From a virus, in the IMG/VR virus record IMGVR_UViG_3300007513_000009: a stretch of 64,000 nucleotides of DNA, one strand, 5' to 3'. The position numbers and the translations under genes were made by a program. The notes beneath the pieces are model-generated. The model saw nothing but the letters and a program-made list of their open reading frames with translations, searched no databases and was not told where the DNA came from. Below are positions 10,121-20,518 of the stretch, piece after piece. Position 1 is the stretch's first letter. Each line of letters starts with the position of its first letter.

Positions 10121-10282
10121 TGAGGGCTACAGGAATGGGAACTAGATCTGATGATAGAATTTTGAAAGAAATACGAGATATATTAAAACGGATGGAAGAG
10201 CGGCTAAACGCTATTGAAAAGAATTTTAAAAAAGAAAAATCAAAAAAACAGTTATTGAATGATTAGAGTTAAGTGAGGTTAT

Positions 10283-11644
10283 ATGTCTAAAAAGAAGATT
10301 TTGTTGATGTCGGATGATTTAAGAATGCATAGTGGTATAGCTACTGTATCTAAAGATATTGTAGTTGAAACTTTACATAAATATGATTGGGTTCAATTGG
10401 CTGGTGCTATAAAACATCCTGAAGAAGGTAAGGTGGTGAATATGGATGCGGCAATAGCAGACATATCAGGGGTAAATGATGCAAAATTGACAATTTATCC
10501 AACAAGTGGATATGGTAATCCAGAAGTAGTAAGAGAAATATTAGTTAGAGAAAAACCAGATGCAATACTACACTATACTGATCCAAGATTTTGGATTTGG
10601 TTTTATGAGATGGAAGCGGAAATTCGTAGAGAGATTCCAATTTTTTATTATAACATTTGGGATGATTTACCAGATCCACAATACAATACAAATTATTATA
10701 GAAGTTCTAATTTGTTAATGGCAATATCAAAACAGACTTATGGTATAAATAAACGATTGTTACCAGATTATGAAGATTGGCAAGTAACTTATGTTCCACA
10801 TGGTATTTCATCTCGTAGGTTTTATAAAATTGATGATGCTGATAATGAACTTTTGGAATTTAATGATAAATTTGGAATATCGGATAAAAAATTTAGAGTA
10901 TTATATAGTAATAGAAATATTAGAAGAAAACAACCAGGCGATGTTATGTTGGCATATAAATACTTTATGGATGAGTTAACTCCTGAACAACGAGATGAAT
11001 GTGTATTGATATACCATTGTGCTCCAGTAGATGATAATGGAACTGATTTGCCAAGGATGTGTAGACATTTGATGCCAGATTATGATGTATGTTACACACA
11101 TCATATGGGCGGAACATTTGAAGATAAAGAAATGAATTTATTATTTAATTCATCTGATGTCTATATTAACCTTGCTAGTAATGAGGGTTTTGGTTTAGGT
11201 AGTGCTGAAGCACTTACAGTTGAGACACCCATTATTGTAAATGTTACAGGTGGTTTACAAGATCAATGTGGATTTAGAAATGAAGATGGGGAACTGTTGA
11301 TACCAGATGATTATGTTGAGTTGGGTAGTAACCATAGGGGTAAATACAAAAATCACGGTGAATGGGTAAAACCTGTTTATCCAGCGAGTCGTTCATTACA
11401 AGGTTCTCCACCCACACCATATATTTGGGATGATAGATGTAATCCAGAAGATGCTGCACCATTACTTCGTGAGTTCTATGATATGGGTAGAGAAGAAAGA
11501 AAAAGACTTGGTTCATTGGGAGCTCAGTTCTGTAAAGACAATCAAATGACATCTGAAGAAATGGGTGCCAACTTTATTAAGTCTATGGATGGGGCATTTA
11601 AAAATTGGAAACCAGCAAAAAGATATACGGTGGAGAAGATATGA
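10283..11644 (+). CDS. GT-B (GT4-like) glycosyltransferase
   Basis: VPHGI, NRNIRRK, NEGFGLGSAEA. Confidence 0.9.
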   Translation: MSKKKILLMSDDLRMHSGIATVSKDIVVETLHKYDWVQLAGAIKHPEEGKVVNMDAAIADISGVNDAKLTIYPTSGYGNPEVVREILVREKPDAILHYTDPRFWIWFYEMEAEIRREIPIFYYNIWDDLPDPQYNTNYYRSSNLLMAISKQTYGINKRLLPDYEDWQVTYVPHGISSRRFYKIDDADNELLEFNDKFGISDKKFRVLYSNRNIRRKQPGDVMLAYKYFMDELTPEQRDECVLIYHCAPVDDNGTDLPRMCRHLMPDYDVCYTHHMGGTFEDKEMNLLFNSSDVYINLASNEGFGLGSAEALTVETPIIVNVTGGLQDQCGFRNEDGELLIPDDYVELGSNHRGKYKNHGEWVKPVYPASRSLQGSPPTPYIWDDRCNPEDAAPLLREFYDMGREERKRLGSLGAQFCKDNQMTSEEMGANFIKSMDGAFKNWKPAKRYTVEKI

Positions 11645-12996
11645 AAACTAAAGTAGTTATGACAGCACCTTTTAATACTCGTAGTGGATATGGAGATCAT
11701 GCTAGGTCTATTTTTTATTCGATTATGGATAGGGATGATATTGATATAACATGTGTTGATACTAAGTGGGGAGAAACTCCAAGAAATCATTTAAATCTTA
11801 AAGTACCAAGGCATAAAAAATTGTTAGATGTTTTAACTGTAGATACCAATTTAGATTTTCAACCAGATGTTTATATTGATATTCGAATTCCAAATGAATT
11901 TGCTCAAGTAGGAAAATATAATTTAGGAATTACTGCTGGGGTTGAAACTGATATAGTTTCTCCTGAATTTATAGAAGGTGCTAATAAAATGAATCTGAAT
12001 ATAGTACCATCAGAGTTTACTCAAAAAACATTTCTTAATACAGTTTATGATAAGTCGGAAGGGGCGGGTGATGAAAAGAAAAAAGTTGGAGAACATAGAT
12101 TACAGAAGCCAGTATTAGTTTTATCTGAGGGAATTGATGTTGATGTATATAAACCATTTGATACTACTAAAATAAAATCTAATTTTAAAGATGAAATGGA
12201 AGAAATCTTGAAAGATGAATCCATTGTTTATCTTCATGTCGGTTTGTGGGGTAAAGGTGCATATGGTGAGGATAGAAAAAATATATCTTTAATGATTAAA
12301 ACTTTTTATGAGGCTTTTGCAAATGATCCTAAAGAACCCACACCGGCTTTATTAATAAAAACTAATGGGTCTAATTTTTCAGTTTTAGATAGATATAGTA
12401 CTGTTAAGAGAATAAAAGAAATAAAAAAGAAGTTTGGGGGTATTGATAAATTACCTAATGTTTATTTATTACATGGGGATTTGACAATAGAACAAATGGC
12501 TATTTTATATAATTTACCTAAGATAAAAGCTTTTTTAACTTGTACTCATGGTGAGGGGTTTGGACGACCAATGTTAGAAGCTAGTTGTTGTGATTTACCA
12601 GTTATTGCTTCTAATTGGAGTGGGCATTTAGACTTTCTTAATTCTTCCGAATCATTATTAATTCAAGGAAAATTAAAGAAAGTTCCAGAAGCAATGGTTT
12701 GGAAACCAATAATTGAAGCACAGTCTAAATGGTATGATGTTGGTGAGGGCGATGTTAAAAGAAAATTGCGGTTGTTTTATAATAATGTTAAAGGAATTAC
12801 TGGTAGGGCAAAATCTCTTGGTAAGAAAAATAGAAAAAAGTTTTCTTTAGAAAAAATGGCTTTTGATTTTAATAAAATATTGGATGATATAATAAAAAAT
12901 ATTCCACAACAAGTATCTTTGAAATTACCTAAATTAAAAAAAGTTGGTAGTACAAAATCAAATAGATTAAAATTACCAAAATTGAAAAAACAATGA
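11641..12996 (+). CDS. GT-B (GT4-like) glycosyltransferase
   Basis: SGYGDHAR, DRKNI, GEGFGRPMLEA, WSGHLDF. Confidence 0.9.
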   Translation: MKTKVVMTAPFNTRSGYGDHARSIFYSIMDRDDIDITCVDTKWGETPRNHLNLKVPRHKKLLDVLTVDTNLDFQPDVYIDIRIPNEFAQVGKYNLGITAGVETDIVSPEFIEGANKMNLNIVPSEFTQKTFLNTVYDKSEGAGDEKKKVGEHRLQKPVLVLSEGIDVDVYKPFDTTKIKSNFKDEMEEILKDESIVYLHVGLWGKGAYGEDRKNISLMIKTFYEAFANDPKEPTPALLIKTNGSNFSVLDRYSTVKRIKEIKKKFGGIDKLPNVYLLHGDLTIEQMAILYNLPKIKAFLTCTHGEGFGRPMLEASCCDLPVIASNWSGHLDFLNSSESLLIQGKLKKVPEAMVWKPIIEAQSKWYDVGEGDVKRKLRLFYNNVKGITGRAKSLGKKNRKKFSLEKMAFDFNKILDDIIKNIPQQVSLKLPKLKKVGSTKSNRLKLPKLKKQ

Positions 12997-13394
12997 GCTA
13001 CGAAGATTTAAGATTAAAGGTTAAATGTCCTTGTTGTATTTTAGAGTATGGGGATGTTGAAGAAGAGACATTGATTTTAATAGGAGATGAGAGACAAAGT
13101 ATGCAATGTATGCATTGTGGTTATGCGTCAAGTAGTGAGTATAAAGATAAATTGGCTGATGATGTGGATGTTAAATTTAAAGAGGTATGTAAGAATATTA
13201 ATGGAAGGAATTGGCTTCCTGGAGTTTTTACAAGTGATAATTATTATATAACTCCTGATGTTAAAGAAGGGGAGTTGATATGGTATATATTAACTAAATT
13301 GGAAACAGAGGCAACTAAAGTTGAAATGCCCCATTATAGTGATGCTTTCAATATAGTAAAAACAATGGAAAAAAATCATGTCAACGAGGTATAA
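12993..13394 (+). CDS. Hypothetical Zn-binding protein
   Basis: CPCC and CMHCG. Confidence 0.45.
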   Translation: MSYEDLRLKVKCPCCILEYGDVEEETLILIGDERQSMQCMHCGYASSSEYKDKLADDVDVKFKEVCKNINGRNWLPGVFTSDNYYITPDVKEGELIWYILTKLETEATKVEMPHYSDAFNIVKTMEKNHVNEV

Positions 13395-13857
13395 TAATCG
13401 AAAGATAATTACAGAACAACAGACATTACCTATTGGTAAGTTATTGCCTGGAATGATAGTCACTTTTAATTACGCTCAACCTGGGGTAACTGATCCCAGA
13501 CCAATTCTTTTATTTTTATATCATAATAAAAAATCAAAAGTTATAGAGGGTTTAAATATAAATTATATTAATCCTGCAAAGATTAAAAAATTCTTTAATT
13601 ATATTGATTTTAAAAAGGGGTCAACTGGTATGGAGAATTTGATAGCATTAAAGGAAGATTATTTTAGGATACAGATATCAACTTCAAAAGATCCAACATT
13701 TTTGACAAGCGAACGATTTTATTCGGATGTCATTAGTGCTGATAATGTATTTAAACAAGCATATCGTAGTTATAAAGTTGATATGTTATCATCTTTAAAA
13801 GTAACCAGTATAATTGAAGATTTGATTCATATACCAGGAGGAGATCCTTCTACCTAA
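13378..13857 (+). CDS. Putative T4 gp2-like DNA end protector
   Basis: PGMIVTFNY...DPRPILLFL...GLNINYI...AYRSY resembles gp2-family motifs. Confidence 0.45.
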   Translation: MSTRYNNRKIITEQQTLPIGKLLPGMIVTFNYAQPGVTDPRPILLFLYHNKKSKVIEGLNINYINPAKIKKFFNYIDFKKGSTGMENLIALKEDYFRIQISTSKDPTFLTSERFYSDVISADNVFKQAYRSYKVDMLSSLKVTSIIEDLIHIPGGDPST

Positions 13858-14478
13858 ATGAAAATTAGTTATTCTATATTGACTCATAATGAAACAGATT
13901 CATTAGAAAAATTATTAAGATTTTTAGTCAAGTGGAAACAACCACAAGACGAGATTGTGATTCTTGATGATTATTCTGATGATGAAAAGACTAAACAGAT
14001 ATTGGATTTCTATGTGTCTACTCACGACATAGTATTTGAACAAAGAAATTTATTGGGTGATTTTGCTGCACAAAAAAATTATTTAAAGTCGATATGTAAT
14101 GGTGACTATAGTTTTAATTTGGATGCTGACGAGGCGATAAGTAGATGGATGATGAAAAATATTCATACAATTATTGAAGATAATCCAACAATCGATTTAT
14201 TTTGGGTGCCAAGAATTAATACAGTAGAGGGTATGACGCCGGAGCATGCCAGGATGTGGAGATATAATGTTAATGAAGAGGGGTGGATAAACTTTCCAGA
14301 TTGGCAGGGAAGAATATTTAAAAATAGACCTAATATTCGTTGGGAGAAAAAGGTTCATGAAATGATAACAGGATACAAAACTTATTCTACTCTTCCAGAA
14401 GATAAACCATTTTGTATATTACATCCAAAAGATGTCGATAAACAAACTGAACAAAATAATTTTTATAGTAGAATTTGA
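13858..14478 (+). CDS. GT2 glycosyltransferase
   Basis: ILDDYSDD, NLDADE, PDWQGRIF, VHE. Confidence 0.9.
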   Translation: MKISYSILTHNETDSLEKLLRFLVKWKQPQDEIVILDDYSDDEKTKQILDFYVSTHDIVFEQRNLLGDFAAQKNYLKSICNGDYSFNLDADEAISRWMMKNIHTIIEDNPTIDLFWVPRINTVEGMTPEHARMWRYNVNEEGWINFPDWQGRIFKNRPNIRWEKKVHEMITGYKTYSTLPEDKPFCILHPKDVDKQTEQNNFYSRI

Positions 14479-14479
14479 T

Positions 14480-15301
14480 ATGCAAGATATGAAAGGTTAT
14501 AGAGAAGAATTTATTGGAGTTTTGAAAGAAACCAATAATCATTATGGTACAGAGGTTATTGATTTAAATTTATTGAATTATAATATAAAATATCATAGAT
14601 GGTTACACCCCTTTCAAGGAGATTGGGAATTAACAGAATTGTTTACGGAAGATAAACTTAATAATCTTTCTAAAATAATAACTCCCAACACTACAGTTAT
14701 CGATATAGGAGCCCAGAGTGGTAATATGTCTGTAGCTTATTCTTTATTTGCTGATAAAGTTATTTCATTTGAATGTAATCCTGCTGCTTATGAGATTTTG
14801 GAAAAAAATGTAGAAGTGAATTCTAATATAGTACCATTTAATTATGCTGTTTCTGATGAAGAAGGTCCATTGGAATTTCATTATTCGGATGATGGGCTTT
14901 GTAATGGTGGATATGCACAAAGAACTGATTTCGGTGTGGGTAATACTGGTCATAGAATTCCAATAGATGTTTGGGCTGTTAAATTGGAAGATTTTTTAGA
15001 GTGGGATAATGATAAAATTTCTTTAATAAAAATAGATACAGAAGGGCATGATAAAGAAATATTGAAAACTATTGGTAATATAGTGGAAGAGCATAGGCCT
15101 GTTATTATAACAGAAATTTATAATGGATTGAGTGAGAATGAAATTAATGATTTAATTAATACGATACATTCTTTAGGTTATAAAGCTTATGATGAAGAAA
15201 TAAATAAGTTAGATATCGATGATTTGGGTAAAGAGATAAAGTCTTTTGGTGATATCAACCCAACTTCGGGTCATAATTTGGTATGTGTTTATGATTCCTA
15301 A
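14480..15301 (+). CDS. FkbM-family methyltransferase
   Basis: IDIGAQSG, SFECNP, IKIDTEG. Confidence 0.88.
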   Translation: MQDMKGYREEFIGVLKETNNHYGTEVIDLNLLNYNIKYHRWLHPFQGDWELTELFTEDKLNNLSKIITPNTTVIDIGAQSGNMSVAYSLFADKVISFECNPAAYEILEKNVEVNSNIVPFNYAVSDEEGPLEFHYSDDGLCNGGYAQRTDFGVGNTGHRIPIDVWAVKLEDFLEWDNDKISLIKIDTEGHDKEILKTIGNIVEEHRPVIITEIYNGLSENEINDLINTIHSLGYKAYDEEINKLDIDDLGKEIKSFGDINPTSGHNLVCVYDS

Positions 15302-16061
15302 TGTTTTTCAATATGTTTATTTAACACATGATGGTAATAAACATCCAATGTATCAGAGCTTTCATTTGGTGCATTATTTGTGTATTAAATCGGCTATTGA
15401 GGTCAACAATCCAGAAGCAGTAAAATTTTATTGTAATCAGGAACCAAGGGGAGAGTGGTGGAGTGAGATAAGAGATTTGGTTGATGTTATTATGGTTAAA
15501 CCACCAACTGAGATATTTGGTATACCAATAACTGAATTGGCACATATGTCAGATGTTATTAGATTACAGGTTTTGATAGATGAGGGCGGAATTTATACTG
15601 ATATGGATACCATTTGTGTAAAACCTTATACAGATTTATTGAAAAATAATTTTGTTATGGGAGAGCAAGGTGTTGGTGGTATTGAGGGTTTATGTCCTGC
15701 TGTTATTCTATCGGAAAAGAATTCGCAATTTGGAATAAATTGGTTGGGTGGTTTCAAAGATACATTTAGAGGTGGGGCTCCAGGAACAGATGGTTGGTGT
15801 ACTCATTCGGTATATTATCCATTGAGGTTAGCAAAAGAGATACCCAATGATATACACATAGAGCCATACACAAGTTTCTTTTATCCATCTTATCATCAAA
15901 AATCTTTAAGGGATATGTTTGAAAATATTGTTGAATTTTCAGATGCATACTCACATCATCTTTGGGAGACTTGTTCTATGGAATGGTTAGAAAATATAAC
16001 TGTTGATGAAATAAAGAATAATGATACTACATTTAATTTAATTGCGAGAAAATTATTATGA
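15291..16061 (+). CDS. GT32/OCH1-like DxD glycosyltransferase
   Basis: MIPN, SDVIRL, GGIYTDMD, YSHHLW. Confidence 0.88.
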   Translation: MIPNVFQYVYLTHDGNKHPMYQSFHLVHYLCIKSAIEVNNPEAVKFYCNQEPRGEWWSEIRDLVDVIMVKPPTEIFGIPITELAHMSDVIRLQVLIDEGGIYTDMDTICVKPYTDLLKNNFVMGEQGVGGIEGLCPAVILSEKNSQFGINWLGGFKDTFRGGAPGTDGWCTHSVYYPLRLAKEIPNDIHIEPYTSFFYPSYHQKSLRDMFENIVEFSDAYSHHLWETCSMEWLENITVDEIKNNDTTFNLIARKLL

Positions 16062-16678
16062 CTGGGGATTATATAATTGAAGTTTTAAAGAAATATGCAA
16101 ATTTTAAGCCAGATATACATGTTGCTTTATCTAAACTTAAAGTGGAAAGATTGTGTGAGATTGGTGTGAGGCGTGGTATAAATTTTAGTAATTTAATTAA
16201 GTGTAAACCTAAATTAGCTGTTGCTGTGGATTGTTGGGAAGAAGTTCCTGGCAAACCAGAATATAATGATCTTGGAGAGTCTCAGCAACAATTAGATGGT
16301 GAGTACAATAGTTTTATGATGGAGTTTGGAGTGTTGCCAAACGTAAGGGTTGTCAGAGAATTTTCAATAGAGGCTGCTAAAATGTTTCCTGATGGGTATT
16401 TTGATTTTGTTTATATTGATGCTGCACATACATATGAAGAGGTTTTATTAGATTGTAAAGCGTGGTATCCAAAGATTAAGAAGAATGGAATTTTGGCTGG
16501 GCATGATTATTTTCCAGATGAGAGAATTTGGAGAGGGCTTCCATGTGGGGTTTATCAAGCAGTTAACGAGTTCGTGAAGGAAAAGAGAATGAAAGTAGAC
16601 CACATAACAGATGTCAATCGTGAGGGTGGTCCAGGAGTTGCTTGTACAAGTTTCTTTTGTGTAAAAAGTAATGGATAA
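16058..16678 (+). CDS. Class I SAM methyltransferase (Methyltransf_24-like)
   Basis: EIGVRRG, FVYIDAAHTYE, LAGHDY. Confidence 0.88.
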   Translation: MTGDYIIEVLKKYANFKPDIHVALSKLKVERLCEIGVRRGINFSNLIKCKPKLAVAVDCWEEVPGKPEYNDLGESQQQLDGEYNSFMMEFGVLPNVRVVREFSIEAAKMFPDGYFDFVYIDAAHTYEEVLLDCKAWYPKIKKNGILAGHDYFPDERIWRGLPCGVYQAVNEFVKEKRMKVDHITDVNREGGPGVACTSFFCVKSNG

Positions 16679-17504
16679 AAATCAACAATTATTAAGTAAG
16701 GTTACGGTTACTAATTCGAAGAGTTTAATTTCAATAACAAATTGTCTCAGAGAATATGGAATTTGCATTTTACCAAATTATATTTCAGATGAAATTTGTG
16801 ATTCTGTTAGAAATTCCTGTATGACGAGGGCTGAAGTTGGTGATGATTTGGATTTTGAGGATGGTTCTTATAGAAGATATGATGGTCCCAAAACAACTAA
16901 ACCATTACAAGATAAAAGAGTATATCATATAGATTGTTTTAATGAAGATATGTTAAAATTTAAGGATGATAGTTTCTTAAAAATGATATGTAAAAGATAT
17001 TATGGAGATGTAAATGATTATTCAGTTCATGTACAAATGTATGATAGGCAACAATTTAATAATTTTCCCACAAGAGGACTTCATATCGATTCATTTCAAA
17101 CTTCAACATTTAAGGCTATGTTGTATTTGAATGATGTTGAGGAAAAAGATGGTCCTACTTCTTATATAATTAAAACTCATAAAGATTATGAATTAAGAAG
17201 ATTAAAAAAAGATGTTTGGGGGCCTGGATATGAATTTGAAGATACTGAACATAAAGAAAAACATCCAACTAATTTTAGTAAATCGGAGCTTGGGGAGGAT
17301 AGATTGAATAATTATGTGAAAGTGATTGCTAAAAAAGGTTCATTAATACTTTTTGATACTTGGGGAGTTCATTGTGGGACTGAGGTTAAAGTTGATGGTG
17401 ATAGGCATATAGTGGTTAACTATTATAACGAAGGGAAAAATTTAAAAAGATCTAATTTTGGATATGATTCAGTACAAGATTTAAAAAATAGTGGGAATAT
17501 TTAA
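16671..17504 (+). CDS. PhyH-like Fe(II)/2OG dioxygenase
   Basis: LHID, LYLNDV..DGP, GSLILFDTWGVHCG, distal Arg. Confidence 0.85.
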   Translation: MDKNQQLLSKVTVTNSKSLISITNCLREYGICILPNYISDEICDSVRNSCMTRAEVGDDLDFEDGSYRRYDGPKTTKPLQDKRVYHIDCFNEDMLKFKDDSFLKMICKRYYGDVNDYSVHVQMYDRQQFNNFPTRGLHIDSFQTSTFKAMLYLNDVEEKDGPTSYIIKTHKDYELRRLKKDVWGPGYEFEDTEHKEKHPTNFSKSELGEDRLNNYVKVIAKKGSLILFDTWGVHCGTEVKVDGDRHIVVNYYNEGKNLKRSNFGYDSVQDLKNSGNI

Positions 17505-17505
17505 T

Positions 17506-18747
17506 ATGAATATACTTTTATTTGCGTCAGACAAAAAATATGTGAACTATTTGAAAAATGTTCATAACGAATTACTTAGTAGGAATCATAATTCATTTTT
17601 TTTATATACAGAATCGGAAATTACTAGTACTGATTTATCTCAATATTCTTATGATTATAAAGAGGAAGTTGACTTATCTAAGGGGATATTATCAAAATCA
17701 TTATTCAATATACATTTACCATTTGTGCCAGAAATTCTTTTTTTGGCAAGGGAGAGATGGGAACCTGAGCAAAGTATAATAAAAGAGTTTAAGGAGATTT
17801 TTAATACAAAGGTTGTTTTACTTGAATTAAATACTAATTTGTTTCAAACATATGAAAGTGTTTTAGAGATGTATTCTAGAAATCAATACCCACAAAATAT
17901 GTGTGATGTTTATATGGAACATAGCGATTTTGTTTTAAATAACAGAATTAATAATGGTTTTGAAAATAGTGATAAAAGTATTATAGTTGGAAATCCCAAA
18001 TACGATAATTTAAATGATTTTAAACCATATCTAGAATCAACATTACTTTTTAATAAAAAATATAATTTAGACCCTAACAAAGAAAAAATATTGTGGTTTG
18101 CCAATATAAATTTGGCGGGGGACGAATGTATGGATTTATTGAGAAAATTTGCAAAAAAGTGTGGAGATGAATATGAGATATTATATAAAGCTTTGCCTGG
18201 AGAACCATATAATCCACGGTATTCAAAATATTTCAATATTAAAAATGGTGATATTGAGTTTACGATACCAAAAGTTAAGTTGCTATGGGAAGATACAGAT
18301 TTATTTTATGCTGTTCATCTGTGTAATACTCATATTGGAATTATTACAAGTGCATCATATTTTTCTTTGATTTTGAATAAAAAATATGTAAATCTATATA
18401 GCACAATTAGTATGGATACATTTACTGATTTAGATAATTTATTTGTTAAAAATACTGACATAGCTAGTGGGGAAACTGGGATAGCTGCTGAGTTTTGGAT
18501 GAGAGTTTTTAGTTTAAATTCAGAAGATGAATTAATTAAAATAATTGATAAAGATAGAATGATAAAATTTAAAGAACATAACAATAAAATTTTAAGTATT
18601 GTTGAGAGAAACACTTTAAGTTGGGATGATAATTTTGATTTTTTAACAAAAGAAAATCCAAATAATAAGGAGTTATTGGGTATGTATGATGAATACAATG
18701 ATGGAAGGGCATCTGAAAGAATTGTAAATGAAATGGAAAAATTATGA
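17506..18747 (+). CDS. GT-B fold protein (NeuC/TagF/nonulosonate transferase-like)
   Basis: IVGNPKYD; C-terminal DGRASERIV. Confidence 0.6.
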   Translation: MNILLFASDKKYVNYLKNVHNELLSRNHNSFFLYTESEITSTDLSQYSYDYKEEVDLSKGILSKSLFNIHLPFVPEILFLARERWEPEQSIIKEFKEIFNTKVVLLELNTNLFQTYESVLEMYSRNQYPQNMCDVYMEHSDFVLNNRINNGFENSDKSIIVGNPKYDNLNDFKPYLESTLLFNKKYNLDPNKEKILWFANINLAGDECMDLLRKFAKKCGDEYEILYKALPGEPYNPRYSKYFNIKNGDIEFTIPKVKLLWEDTDLFYAVHLCNTHIGIITSASYFSLILNKKYVNLYSTISMDTFTDLDNLFVKNTDIASGETGIAAEFWMRVFSLNSEDELIKIIDKDRMIKFKEHNNKILSIVERNTLSWDDNFDFLTKENPNNKELLGMYDEYNDGRASERIVNEMEKL

Positions 18748-19532
18748 AGTACAACATACATGATGGGGGAACAGGTATTGTTTATTACATAAACCATCAA
18801 ATTTATAATCGTTTTATTCGACATATTATTCATTCTAATTTATTAACCTTTTTTAATCCTGAGCGACAGATTGCTAAACGGTATGAACAGACTCTTCCTA
18901 TTATTGAGAAAGATGAATTTTATAAAGTTGGAAATTATTATTTATCTAACAAATATTCTTTATCTAATGATTCTATTGTTTATTCTCTTGGAGTGTTAAA
19001 TGACACAAATTTTGACCAGAAAGTGAGTGATGAGTATGGTTGTAATATTTTTATGTTTGATCCTTCAATTATTGCTACTGAACATATTAAAAAAATAAAT
19101 AATCCAAAATTCATTTTTCGTGAGGTAGCGGTTTGGATTGAAAAAACAACTATGAGATTTTCTTCTCCTTTGTATGGTGGTTCACCTTCAATGTTTTTAA
19201 AACATAGAGGTAAAGTGTTTGAATCCTCTTGTGAACAATTGAGTTCATTGATGGATAGTAATAACCATAATCATATTGATGTATTAAAAATGGATATAGA
19301 AGGTGCTGCTCCACCCATATTAAATGATATGTTAGATAATGAAATTTATCCTAACCAAATTATTGCAGAATTTGAAAGACCCAATAGTGCTTGTGTAGAA
19401 GAATTTTTTGATTATTATCAAAAATTAAGAAAACTAATTAATAGATTAAAATCTACGGGGTATAAAATGAGGGTTATGCCAAGAGAAAAATTTAAATATT
19501 ATGCACTTGAATTAATATTTGTAAAAGAATAG
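18744..19532 (+). CDS. FkbM/Methyltransf_22-like methyltransferase
   Basis: VYSLGV, MFDP, LKMDIEG. Confidence 0.82.
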   Translation: MKYNIHDGGTGIVYYINHQIYNRFIRHIIHSNLLTFFNPERQIAKRYEQTLPIIEKDEFYKVGNYYLSNKYSLSNDSIVYSLGVLNDTNFDQKVSDEYGCNIFMFDPSIIATEHIKKINNPKFIFREVAVWIEKTTMRFSSPLYGGSPSMFLKHRGKVFESSCEQLSSLMDSNNHNHIDVLKMDIEGAAPPILNDMLDNEIYPNQIIAEFERPNSACVEEFFDYYQKLRKLINRLKSTGYKMRVMPREKFKYYALELIFVKE

Positions 19533-19540
19533 GAGAAGTT

Positions 19541-20518
19541 ATGATTGATTTTTATAAAGATAAAAAAATATTGATAACTGGTGGTACTGGTTCACTTGGT
19601 AAAGCTCTTATAAAAAGATTAAAAGAAGTTGATTGCCAGTTAATAGTTTATAGTAGAGATGAAGCAAAACAAGCATTATTATTTGGTAATGATTCAAGCA
19701 TTATTAGAGTGATTGGTGATATTAGAGATTTAGCTAAACTTAATGTTACAATGAAAAGACACAAACCTGATTATGTTATTCATACTGGAGCATTAAAAAG
19801 AGTTGATGATATGGAGTTTAATCCAGAAGAATGTGTTAAGACAAATATTCTAGGCTCAGAAAATGTAGCTATAGCATCACAGAACAATGAAGTGAAAAAA
19901 TGTATTATAATTTCAACAGATAAGGCTTGTCAACCTGTAAATGTATATGGTTCTAGTAAATTTATAGCAGAGAGAATATTTACTAATTATGATTATAATT
20001 CAGATTATACGATATTTGCTTCAGTAAGATATGGAAATGTTATTGCTAGTAGAGGTTCATTTATACCAGGATGGATGAATTTAATATCTCAGAATAAAAA
20101 GATAAAAGTTACATCAATGGATTGCACAAGGTTTTTGTTTACTTTAAGTGATGCAGTCGATACTGTGTTAAGTTCATTATACTTTGCTCAAGGTGGGGAA
20201 GTGTTTATTCCAAAGATAAATTCATTTAAAATGGAAATTGTTATCGAAGCGATAAAAAAAATATCTAAATTGGATTCAATTGAATATGATATAATTGGAA
20301 TGAGACCGGGCGAAAAATTTCATGAGGATATGTTGTGCAAAACAGAGCTAGAATTTACAATGCAACCATCGGATAAACTATTGTGTGTTTTGCCACAATA
20401 TACTCATAAGAAACATAATTACGATAAAAAATACGAAGGATTAGAATTTAATTCATCATTACATACGAATGATAATGTAGATGAATTGGTGACAATAATA
20501 AGAAGAGGATTAGAATGA
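19541..20518 (+). CDS. pseB: UDP-GlcNAc 4,6-dehydratase (PseB-like)
   Basis: TGGTGSLG, YSRDEAKQ, STDKA, YGSSK, VRYGNV.ASRGS, GMRPGEKFHE. Confidence 0.85.
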   Translation: MIDFYKDKKILITGGTGSLGKALIKRLKEVDCQLIVYSRDEAKQALLFGNDSSIIRVIGDIRDLAKLNVTMKRHKPDYVIHTGALKRVDDMEFNPEECVKTNILGSENVAIASQNNEVKKCIIISTDKACQPVNVYGSSKFIAERIFTNYDYNSDYTIFASVRYGNVIASRGSFIPGWMNLISQNKKIKVTSMDCTRFLFTLSDAVDTVLSSLYFAQGGEVFIPKINSFKMEIVIEAIKKISKLDSIEYDIIGMRPGEKFHEDMLCKTELEFTMQPSDKLLCVLPQYTHKKHNYDKKYEGLEFNSSLHTNDNVDELVTIIRRGLE

